From a virus (lineage: Duplodnaviria > Caudoviricetes), in the IMG/VR virus record IMGVR_UViG_3300032233_000392, positions 1 through 44,686 of that record: a stretch of DNA of 44,686 nucleotides; one strand, given 5' to 3'. Below, one piece after another: positions 7,578 to 15,262 of this stretch. A program made the position numbers and the translations under genes. Numbering within the stretch: position 1 is the stretch's first letter; each line of letters starts with the position of its first letter. Below the pieces are notes generated by a model that was not told where the DNA came from, searched no databases, and saw only the letters and a program-made list of their open reading frames with translations.

Positions 7578-8061
7578 GATTCCAACTGGGTCAATCATTA
7601 AAGATGAATTGTTTTCAACAGCAATCAACACAAATCAATGGTCTAAGTACTACAATTTTCACGTTACCCCAGTGCCATTTGATCTAGCATTTCGTGACCC
7701 GTTCTTGTATGATCTTGGGATGCGGCACAAGTTAGCAGTAGGTATTATTAGGCTTGACCCTTTTGTCTGTTACGATTGGCACAAAGACTCACGGCGTGGT
7801 GTATGTATTAACATGTTATTGAATGATGTAGAGAGCAAGTGTTTATTTGCAGATAGTAAGGATGAAGCTACACATAAGTTTTCAGAGCTGCAATATAAGG
7901 TAGGTAAGTATTACGTATTCAACAATCAAGTTGAGCATATGGTTATTAACTTTGCACAGTCTAGGTATTTGATGAGTGTGGAGTTTGAAGAAGATAAATA
8001 CGCGCTAACGTACGATGGGCTTTTAAGGGAACTAGAGCATGGGAATCATCTGGTCGTATAG
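7567..8061 (+). CDS. Cupin / 2OG-Fe(II) oxygenase-like protein
   Basis: WHKD...NNQVEHMVIN gives an HxD...H facial triad; R in RYLMSV. Confidence 0.6.
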   Translation: MWYEIPTGSIIKDELFSTAINTNQWSKYYNFHVTPVPFDLAFRDPFLYDLGMRHKLAVGIIRLDPFVCYDWHKDSRRGVCINMLLNDVESKCLFADSKDEATHKFSELQYKVGKYYVFNNQVEHMVINFAQSRYLMSVEFEEDKYALTYDGLLRELEHGNHLVV

Positions 8062-8710
8062 TAGTTTAAAAACATTTCAGCAATGTCCTAAGAAGTACTA
8101 CCACCTTAGGGTAGCTAAGGATATTAAACAGAGCGATACAGAACATACTATATACGGCAAAGAGATGCACAAAGCCGCCGAAGAATATATAAAAGACAAT
8201 AAACCGCTTCCTCCACAGTTCTTATACCTAACAGAGTTGTTAGATGCGCTTAACAAAATCCCGGGGGAAAAGTTATGTGAGGTTAAGTTGGGAATAGCTA
8301 AGGTCAACAACAGGTATCAGCCATGTGACTTCTATGCTGAGAACGTATGGTGGCGTGGCGTTGCTGACTTAGTAATTATTAATGGTAACACTGCATATTC
8401 GATTGATTACAAGACCAGTAAAAATTCAAAGTATGCGGATACTACTCAGCTTGATTTAGTTGCCGCCGCTATATTCCAGCACTTCCCAGAGGTTACTTTA
8501 GTTAAGTCAGCATTGGCATACGTGGTTAGTAAGGACTTTATTAAGAAAGACCATGAGAAAATATTTAAGACAGTATATCTAGATAAGGTTAGGTTTGACT
8601 TAGAACGTATAGAAACAGCTACTGAAACAGGTGTATGGAACGCAGTATCGGGGCCGTTATGTGGATGGTGCCCAGTTAAAACATGCCACAACTACAAGGA
8701 AAGAAAATAA
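8039..8710 (+). CDS. PD-(D/E)XK RecB/Cas4-like exonuclease
   Basis: WSYSSL..F..CP, G..MH, DLVI..IDYKT, Q/L helix, C-terminal CGWC....C (four-Cys Fe-S pattern). Confidence 0.9.
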   Translation: MGIIWSYSSLKTFQQCPKKYYHLRVAKDIKQSDTEHTIYGKEMHKAAEEYIKDNKPLPPQFLYLTELLDALNKIPGEKLCEVKLGIAKVNNRYQPCDFYAENVWWRGVADLVIINGNTAYSIDYKTSKNSKYADTTQLDLVAAAIFQHFPEVTLVKSALAYVVSKDFIKKDHEKIFKTVYLDKVRFDLERIETATETGVWNAVSGPLCGWCPVKTCHNYKERK

Positions 8711-8719
8711 GTTAGGGGC

Positions 8720-8748
8720 TTGATGTATATAGTATTATTTGGCACAAT
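8720..8748 (+). promoter_or_regulatory. Putative sigma70-type promoter
   Basis: TTGATG, 17-nt spacer, TGn-CACAAT in an intergenic gap; SD AGGAG before ATG 8775. Confidence 0.55.
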
Positions 8749-8774
8749 GTACATTATTGATGAGGAGAATTGAT

Positions 8775-9059
8775 ATGCCGTACAAGAATAAAGCTGATCG
8801 TAAATACGCACAAGCTGCGAAGTACGAGGATACACCCGAGCAAGTTAAAAATAGAGAAGCCCGCAATAAAGCGAGAGCACAATTAACGAGAACAGGAAAG
8901 GTAGCAAAAGGAGATGGAAAAGACATTGACCACATCAAACCACTTAGCAAGGGGGGTTCAGATTCTCCAAGCAACCTTAGGATTAAACCAAAAAGTAAAA
9001 ACCGATCCTTCAGCAGAAACCCAGACCACACAATCAAACGCAACAGCCCAAAAAACTAG
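8775..9059 (+). CDS. HNH endonuclease
   Basis: DIDHIKPLSKGG....NL......NRS; start moved to the ATG with an SD. Confidence 0.85.
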   Translation: MPYKNKADRKYAQAAKYEDTPEQVKNREARNKARAQLTRTGKVAKGDGKDIDHIKPLSKGGSDSPSNLRIKPKSKNRSFSRNPDHTIKRNSPKN

Positions 9060-10437
9060 TATCCTCACGGACTACGGGTGGCCGGGAAAATTTAAACCGT
9101 TTGCACATCAAAAGCAAACATCTGAGTTCTTAACACTGCACCGCAAAGCGTTTTGCTTTAACGAGCAAGGCACTGGTAAAACTGCTAGTGTGATATGGGC
9201 TTGTGACTACCTAATGAATTTGGGTATGATTCGTCGCGTCTTAGTTATATGTCCACTATCTATTATGAAGTCAGCATGGCAGATGGATTTGTTTAAGTTT
9301 GCTATGCACCGCAGTTGTGATGTAGCTCATGGTGATGCTAAGCAACGTAAGAAGATCATTGCTCAAGGTGCTGAGTTCTTAATCATAAACTTTGATGGCG
9401 TTGAGATAGTTAAGAATGAAATACTTAATGGTGGGTTTGATCTTATTGTAGTAGACGAAGCAAGTGCATATAAGAATGTACAAACTACACGATGGAAAAC
9501 ACTTAGGGATATCTCAGCAAAAGTTAAAGGCATGTGGATGCTAACTGGTACCCCTGCCGCACAAGCACCGACAGATGCGTTTGGTCTAGCTAAACTAATC
9601 AACCCTAATAACGTACCTAAATTCTATGGTCAGTTCCGTGATCAAGTGATGTACAAAGTTAGTACGTTTAGATGGGTAGCTAAACCTAATGCACAGTTAA
9701 TAGTACATAAATCACTGCAGCCAGCTATACGGTTTGAGAAGAACCAATGCTTAGATTTACCTGACTTAACTTTTGTAGAACGTGATGCACCACTAACACC
9801 GCAACAAAAACTTTACTACAAGATTTTAAAAGATCAAATGGCTATGACTGCGGCGGGTGAGCAGGTAACATCTGTCAATGCAGCTACTAATATTAATAAG
9901 CTGCTACAGATATCAGGCGGTGCGGTCTATACGGATACTAAAGAAGTTATTGAGTTTGATGTATCTAATAGACTACAAGCTATTAAGGAAGTTATTGAAG
10001 AAGCATCGCATAAGGTTCTTGTGTTTGTGCCGTTCACTCATACTATACAGTTGCTACATGACTACTTAACTAAGCATGGCATTACGTCAGAAGTTATTAA
10101 TGGTCAAGTATCTGTCAACAGACGTTACGATATTATTAAGAGATTCCAAGACGAAGATACTGTAAAGGTATTAGTAATACAACCACAAGCTGCATCACAT
10201 GGATTAACCCTAACAGCCGCTAACGTAATCATTTGGTATTCGCCTGTTACTAGCGTGGAAACATACCTGCAAGCAAACGCGCGTATTAACCGTCCGGGGC
10301 AAAAGAATCCTATGACTGTAGTACACATAAAAGGTAGTCAAGTAGAATCTAAATTATATAGTATGTTGCAAGGCAATATAAACACGCACACAAAAATAAT
10401 TGATCTTTATCGACAAGAATTAGAAAATACTATTTGA
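8914..10437 (+). CDS. SNF2-family (SF2) helicase; true start uncertain
   Basis: QGTGKT, VVDEAS, LTGTP, HGLTLT, QANARINRPGQ. Confidence 0.92.
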   Translation: MEKTLTTSNHLARGVQILQATLGLNQKVKTDPSAETQTTQSNATAQKTSILTDYGWPGKFKPFAHQKQTSEFLTLHRKAFCFNEQGTGKTASVIWACDYLMNLGMIRRVLVICPLSIMKSAWQMDLFKFAMHRSCDVAHGDAKQRKKIIAQGAEFLIINFDGVEIVKNEILNGGFDLIVVDEASAYKNVQTTRWKTLRDISAKVKGMWMLTGTPAAQAPTDAFGLAKLINPNNVPKFYGQFRDQVMYKVSTFRWVAKPNAQLIVHKSLQPAIRFEKNQCLDLPDLTFVERDAPLTPQQKLYYKILKDQMAMTAAGEQVTSVNAATNINKLLQISGGAVYTDTKEVIEFDVSNRLQAIKEVIEEASHKVLVFVPFTHTIQLLHDYLTKHGITSEVINGQVSVNRRYDIIKRFQDEDTVKVLVIQPQAASHGLTLTAANVIIWYSPVTSVETYLQANARINRPGQKNPMTVVHIKGSQVESKLYSMLQGNINTHTKIIDLYRQELENTI

Positions 10438-10461
10438 CACTGTCAAAATATGTGTTATAGT
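10434..10461 (+). promoter_or_regulatory. Sigma70-type promoter with palindromic -35
   Basis: TTGACA (10434-10439), 16-nt spacer, TGn-TATAGT (10456-10461); TTTGACA-C-TGTCAAA dyad; same design as the 2045 promoter. Confidence 0.75.
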
Positions 10462-10484
10462 AATGGCTCATTAAGGAGATTAAA

Positions 10485-10886
10485 ATGAGTGATGAACCAA
10501 TATCCACAGAAAAAATAGTTGAAGTGTATATAAAGATTAGAGATGAAAGAAGTAAATTGAAGGAGGAGTTTGAAGAGAAGGACAAAGCGTTATCAGAGAA
10601 GTTGCAAGTATTGTCAGAGAAGTTATTAGAAGTATGTCATGAGATAGGTGCTGACAGTATTAAAACAGCAGCGGGTACAATTATGCGTAGAGTTGATACA
10701 CGGTACTGGACAACCGATTGGGAGTCTATGTACCAATTCATTGAAGACCATAATGCGTTCCCTCTGTTAGAGAAACGGTTGCACCAAACAAATCTTAAAC
10801 AGTTTCTCGAAGAAAACCCAGATGTATTACCTATGGGATTACAAGCAGATAGAAAATTTACCGTAACAATTAGAAGGAGCAAGTAG
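10485..10886 (+). CDS. Conserved phage replication-module protein (coiled-coil N-terminus)
   Basis: SD TAAGGAG; YIKIRD..coiled coil..TAAGT..DW..Y.FI..LLEKR. Confidence 0.75.
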   Translation: MSDEPISTEKIVEVYIKIRDERSKLKEEFEEKDKALSEKLQVLSEKLLEVCHEIGADSIKTAAGTIMRRVDTRYWTTDWESMYQFIEDHNAFPLLEKRLHQTNLKQFLEENPDVLPMGLQADRKFTVTIRRSK

Positions 10887-10888
10887 AG

Positions 10889-11806
10889 ATGAGTAATGTT
10901 TCAATTTTTCAACAAGAAACGTCGGTATCAACCAAGCGTGGTATCAGTGAATTAACCAAAACCCTAGCCTCTAGTGTCGGTGCTACAACACGCCGTATCA
11001 CTATGAACAAAGGTGTATTCCGTAGAGTTATTAATGGTAAGGAAGCGGGCAAAGTTAGAGATGGTTTTATTAATGTGATCATTGTTAACGCATTGCCTAA
11101 AGTATCCCGCCAGTATTACGCCGCCGCTTACGACCCCGATGGTATACCCACCCTGCCAGATTGTTGGTCTAACCTAGGTGATATACCTGATGCAAAGGCT
11201 TCTAACCCACAAGCTAGTACATGTATTGCATGTCCACAGAACATTGATGGTTCTAGCGCTAATGGTAAGAGTCGTGCATGTAGATTCCAACGCCGTATTG
11301 CAGTAATACTTGAAGGTGATATGAGTGGTGATATCTATCAAATGAATATACCTGCCGCTTCCTTGTTTGGTAAGGGTGTTGGTAATGTGCATCCATTTGA
11401 AAGCTACTTGCGTTACTTACCTGCTAATCAAGAGAGCATTGACCGTATCGTAACTAAGATTATGTTTGATGAGAATGAGACGGCAGACGTACTCAAGTTC
11501 ACACCATTGCGTCATTTGAACGACGAAGAGATTGATGTTATTGAAGCTGCACAGGCAACAGATGAATGTAGTAGTGTTATTAGATTTACTGCGGCCCAGC
11601 AAGATAAAGTCACTGCTCTTCCTAAAGCAGTAGCAAGTGATGATGACGAAGAGTTTGTACCTAAAGCTAAGCCCGTTAAAGCTAAGTCTGTAGCTGAGGA
11701 TGCTATAGAAGAACCAGTAAAGCGAGTATCTAAAAAGGCAGAAGCACCTGTACCTACGCCTAAAGGTAGTTTTGCTGATGTTATTAGTGAATGGGATGAA
11801 AAGTAA
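10889..11806 (+). CDS. Putative single-stranded DNA-binding/annealing protein with Cys cluster
   Basis: PDCWS..CIACPQN..ACR; flexible charged tail ending ISEWDEK; position between helicase and primase. Confidence 0.55.
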   Translation: MSNVSIFQQETSVSTKRGISELTKTLASSVGATTRRITMNKGVFRRVINGKEAGKVRDGFINVIIVNALPKVSRQYYAAAYDPDGIPTLPDCWSNLGDIPDAKASNPQASTCIACPQNIDGSSANGKSRACRFQRRIAVILEGDMSGDIYQMNIPAASLFGKGVGNVHPFESYLRYLPANQESIDRIVTKIMFDENETADVLKFTPLRHLNDEEIDVIEAAQATDECSSVIRFTAAQQDKVTALPKAVASDDDEEFVPKAKPVKAKSVAEDAIEEPVKRVSKKAEAPVPTPKGSFADVISEWDEK

Positions 11807-11808
11807 CA

Positions 11809-12045
11809 ATGAGCATCGGCTACGCATTTAAAACTATTAGACTTAACAAACAAGCGAGTAAATCTCGTATTGGGGTTAAGCTAGGTAGGGTATGTATATA
11901 CCATGATATACCCGCATCAACAGTTGCCGAGACTTTGGGGGTTAGTAGACAGACGGTTTATAACTGGTTTACTGGACTTACTAACCCTCACAAGCTACAT
12001 GTTGCACAGATTCTAAGCCTAATAGATAGTTTTAAACGCAAGTAA
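11809..12045 (+). CDS. Cro/XRE-family HTH protein
   Basis: VAETLGVSRQTVYNWFTG...P. Confidence 0.85.
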   Translation: MSIGYAFKTIRLNKQASKSRIGVKLGRVCIYHDIPASTVAETLGVSRQTVYNWFTGLTNPHKLHVAQILSLIDSFKRK

Positions 12046-12065
12046 CAATAATCACCGGAGGGTGA

Positions 12066-12086
12066 GGGGGGAGCAATCCCCCTTTT
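12066..12086 (+). terminator. Intrinsic terminator-like hairpin
   Basis: GGGGGA-GCAA-TCCCCC followed by TTTT. Confidence 0.6.
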
Positions 12087-12102
12087 CTTATAAGAGATAC
12101 GT

Positions 12103-14994
12103 ATGACGAATGTTGACCTATTAAATAGAGTGCAAGCCGCCGATGGGTGGTTTGTTATCTTAGGGTTAAATCGCGGAAAATACGCCAGTCAAGAAATCGT
12201 AGAGACACGTTCTGAATTTGATGCGCTTGTAGCAAAGTACTTAGCTAACCAATGGGATGTATATTTTGGTGTTGCTAAATACTTCTATAAAGATGCACAG
12301 TTTCGTACCAAAGATAATGTACAGAACCTAAAGGCTTTTTGGATTGACTTAGATTGCGGAGAAGCTAAGGCAGAGGTTAATTCAAAGACAGGTAGACCAG
12401 ATGGATATATAGACCAAGCAACAGGGCTAAAAGAGTTACAACGCTTCTGTGCAACAGTCGGGCTACCCAAACCTTTAATAGTTAATTCAGGCAGAGGGAT
12501 ACACGCATATTGGCCTTTAACTGAGTCCGTAACAAAGGAACAGTGGGAGCCGGTGGCTAAACGTCTGAATCAATTAGCGGTCACACACAATCTTTATGTT
12601 GACGCAAGTGTATTTGAAGCAGCTAGGGTGCTAAGAGTGCCCGGCACATTTAATTTTAAAGATAACCCACCTAAGCCAGTAGAGCTAATAAATGATGGGA
12701 AGGATATTGAATACGACGTATTCAAGTCTATATTAGGAGTTAAGGAAGAAGATTTAGTATCTAAGCCCCGTAAAGCATTTAGTGCGCTGCAACAAGCTAT
12801 GATGGATAACACCATGTCTAGCTTTAGTAAGATCATGAAGCGTAGCGCTAGTGGGGATGGATGTGCGCAGTTACTATTTCAGTACCAGAACCAGAATGAT
12901 GTGTCTGAGCCTATGTGGTTTAACGCTTTGTCTATAGCACAACAGTGCGCAGATAGGGATATTGCTATACATAAGATATCAGATAAGCACGATGATTATG
13001 ACTATGAAGATACGGAACGCAAGGCAAGTCACACTAAGTTTGCTCAGCGTTGTAGCACGATAGAGAACTCAAACCCCGGAGGTTGTGACGGGTGCAAATG
13101 GAAAGGTCGTATTGGTTCACCTATTGTACTAGGTAGAGAAGTAATAAGACCAGAAGACCCAGACGAGGAAATAGAAGTAGAAGTTAAGGATATACCACGT
13201 GAAGTAAAAGAGGAAGAACCTACGTCCTCTAAGGTCTACAAGATACCTGCATACCCACATCCATATTTTCGTGGGAAGAACGGTGGTATTTACCTTATGT
13301 CTAAGGAAGCAGAAGAAGCAGAGCCTATATGCGTGTACGAGCATGACCTGTACATTGTTAAGCGGCTACTGGATTCTGACCCTGAAGTTGGCGAAGTGAT
13401 TTTGATGCGGTTACATTTGCCGATGGATAAGGTTAAAGAGTTTACTTTGCCCCTGTCTACTATTGGGGTGGTTGATAGATTGAAAGATGCTTTATTGAAA
13501 GTGGGTGTGGCAGGTTTTCAAAAACAAATGAACGCTTTGGCACATATGATTATAGTCGCAGTTAAGGAAATGCAATACAAAAAAGGAGCTGAGCTTATGA
13601 GAACGCAATTTGGTTGGGCAGATGGTGATAGCAAATTTATTATTGGTAACAGAGAACTTAGCAAGGATGGTACGTTTCATAGTCCACCTTCAAAGGCTAC
13701 TTCGCAGATGGCAGAGCGTATGCAGCCTAAGGGTTCGTTTGAGAAATGGAAAGAGGTATTTAATTTATATAGCACCCCCGGACTAGAGCCTCATGCTTTT
13801 TCCGCTTTGACTGCATTTGGAGCGCCCTTACTTAAATTTACTGGGTATAGTGGGGCAATCATAAATGTTATTCACAAAGGTTCAGGCACTGGTAAGTCTA
13901 CAAGTTTGTTTATGTGTAACAGTGTATATGGTCACCCTGAGACTTTGACATCCATTTGGAAAGATACGATGGCGGCGAAGATGATTCGTTTAGGGGTTAT
14001 GAATAACCTACCATTTACTTGCGATGAGATTACCAACATAACTCCTGCTGACTTCTCTACCCTTGCCTATAGTATGTCTCAGGGGCGTGGTGCTGACCGT
14101 GCTAAGGCTAGTGCTAACGAGCTACGTATCAATACGTCTACTTGGGCTACGATATCGCTATGCAGTGCTAATGCTAGTTTCTATGAGAAGCTTGGTACAC
14201 ACAAGGACAGCCCTGATGGGGAGATGATGCGGTTGCTAGAGTATCAAATTGGGTACACCAATATCATCCCACCACAAACAGCTAAGTCTATGTTTGACCA
14301 TCAGCTTAAAGAAAACTATGGACATGCGGGTGATATCTACGTTGCTCATCTGATTGCTAACCTAGAAGATTGTATTAACACCATGCTCACGGTTCAGCAG
14401 AAGATTGATAGCGAGATGCGCCTAACTAGCAGGGAACGGTTCTGGTCTGCGGTTATAGCTTGCAATATAGCTGGGGGTTTGATCGCGCGTAGCTTAGGTC
14501 TGCACGACTACGATATGAAAGCTATATACATTTGGGCTATGTCAATGCTTAAAGAAGTACGACACGAGATTGCAGTACCCGCTAACCATGCAGGGTCTAT
14601 TGTAGGTGACTTCTTAAATCGCCATATGCGCAATGTACTTGTAGTAGATGATGAGGTAGACAAGCGTAACAACATGCAGTCATTACCGGTACGGGAGCCA
14701 TGGGGTGATTTGGTTGTGCGCTATGAGCCAGACACTAAGAAGATGTTTATAGTATCTAAGGCCTTTAAGAAGGACTGCGTTGAAAGTCAGGTGTCATACA
14801 AAGACACACTGAAAGAACTGAAAGAGAAGGGTATATACTTAGGTTCAGAAGTTAAGCGCATGTCTAAGGGCATGAAGGTATCATTTCCGGGTGTTAACGC
14901 ACTGGTGTTTGATTGCTCAAGCCCTGACTTCATTGATGTTGAAGGGTTAGTGACATCGGCAAAAGAAGATGGTAATCGAGAACAAAAGTTATAA
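12103..14994 (+). CDS. Primase-helicase: RepB-type AEP primase, Cys-rich domain and DUF927/Cch-like helicase
   Basis: IDLD, SGRGIHAYW, ARVLRVPGTFN; C...GGCDGC; QFGW; Walker A GSGTGKST, Walker B FTCDE. Confidence 0.88.
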   Translation: MTNVDLLNRVQAADGWFVILGLNRGKYASQEIVETRSEFDALVAKYLANQWDVYFGVAKYFYKDAQFRTKDNVQNLKAFWIDLDCGEAKAEVNSKTGRPDGYIDQATGLKELQRFCATVGLPKPLIVNSGRGIHAYWPLTESVTKEQWEPVAKRLNQLAVTHNLYVDASVFEAARVLRVPGTFNFKDNPPKPVELINDGKDIEYDVFKSILGVKEEDLVSKPRKAFSALQQAMMDNTMSSFSKIMKRSASGDGCAQLLFQYQNQNDVSEPMWFNALSIAQQCADRDIAIHKISDKHDDYDYEDTERKASHTKFAQRCSTIENSNPGGCDGCKWKGRIGSPIVLGREVIRPEDPDEEIEVEVKDIPREVKEEEPTSSKVYKIPAYPHPYFRGKNGGIYLMSKEAEEAEPICVYEHDLYIVKRLLDSDPEVGEVILMRLHLPMDKVKEFTLPLSTIGVVDRLKDALLKVGVAGFQKQMNALAHMIIVAVKEMQYKKGAELMRTQFGWADGDSKFIIGNRELSKDGTFHSPPSKATSQMAERMQPKGSFEKWKEVFNLYSTPGLEPHAFSALTAFGAPLLKFTGYSGAIINVIHKGSGTGKSTSLFMCNSVYGHPETLTSIWKDTMAAKMIRLGVMNNLPFTCDEITNITPADFSTLAYSMSQGRGADRAKASANELRINTSTWATISLCSANASFYEKLGTHKDSPDGEMMRLLEYQIGYTNIIPPQTAKSMFDHQLKENYGHAGDIYVAHLIANLEDCINTMLTVQQKIDSEMRLTSRERFWSAVIACNIAGGLIARSLGLHDYDMKAIYIWAMSMLKEVRHEIAVPANHAGSIVGDFLNRHMRNVLVVDDEVDKRNNMQSLPVREPWGDLVVRYEPDTKKMFIVSKAFKKDCVESQVSYKDTLKELKEKGIYLGSEVKRMSKGMKVSFPGVNALVFDCSSPDFIDVEGLVTSAKEDGNREQKL

Positions 14995-15163
14995 CATTAA
15001 TTGGAAAGCTTTTAAGGCGGGCACTTCGTTCTTTGTGCCCTGTCTAGATGGTATTAAAGCTAAGAAAACCATTCAAAATGTTACAAAGAGGCTAAAAATT
15101 GATGTATTAATGCAAATAGTTATAGAAAATGGTGTAAGAGGTGTACGTGTCTGGAAAATTTAG
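14969..15163 (+). CDS. Small basic hypothetical protein
   Basis: W..FKAGTSFFVP...GVRVWK; last gene of the + arm. Confidence 0.7.
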   Translation: MVIENKSYNINWKAFKAGTSFFVPCLDGIKAKKTIQNVTKRLKIDVLMQIVIENGVRGVRVWKI

Positions 15164-15174
15164 GTTATACTTCG

Positions 15175-15262
15175 CAGCAGCAGACTCATTCTCCTGCTCC
15201 CTCCTGTTGGAAGATGTCTCTCTTCCACGCCTTTAGCCCCGCTTAGTGCGGGGCCTTTTTTT
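15175..15262 (+). ncRNA. Candidate small RNA with anti-SD motifs
   Basis: TATACT at 15166-15171; CATTCTCCT and CCCTCCT; hairpin GGAAGA/TCTTCC; ends at terminator. Confidence 0.35.
15236..15262 (+). terminator. Intrinsic terminator between the convergent arms
   Basis: GCCCCGC-TTAGT-GCGGGGC then C and T7. Confidence 0.9.

Noticed and set aside
8039-8710. Cas4 as part of a CRISPR system
   Set aside because: Stand-alone RecB/Cas4-like nucleases are routine in phage replication modules; no array or other cas genes
9047-9056. -1 programmed frameshift at C CCA AAA / A AAA AAC
   Set aside because: The helicase is in the +1 frame relative to HNH, so a -1 slip does not reach it
25-13680. Minus-strand ORFs over the early arm (e.g. 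25-519, 3608-4057, 6877-7314, 11417-11827)
   Set aside because: Antisense shadows of well-supported + strand genes; no SD or recognisable motifs
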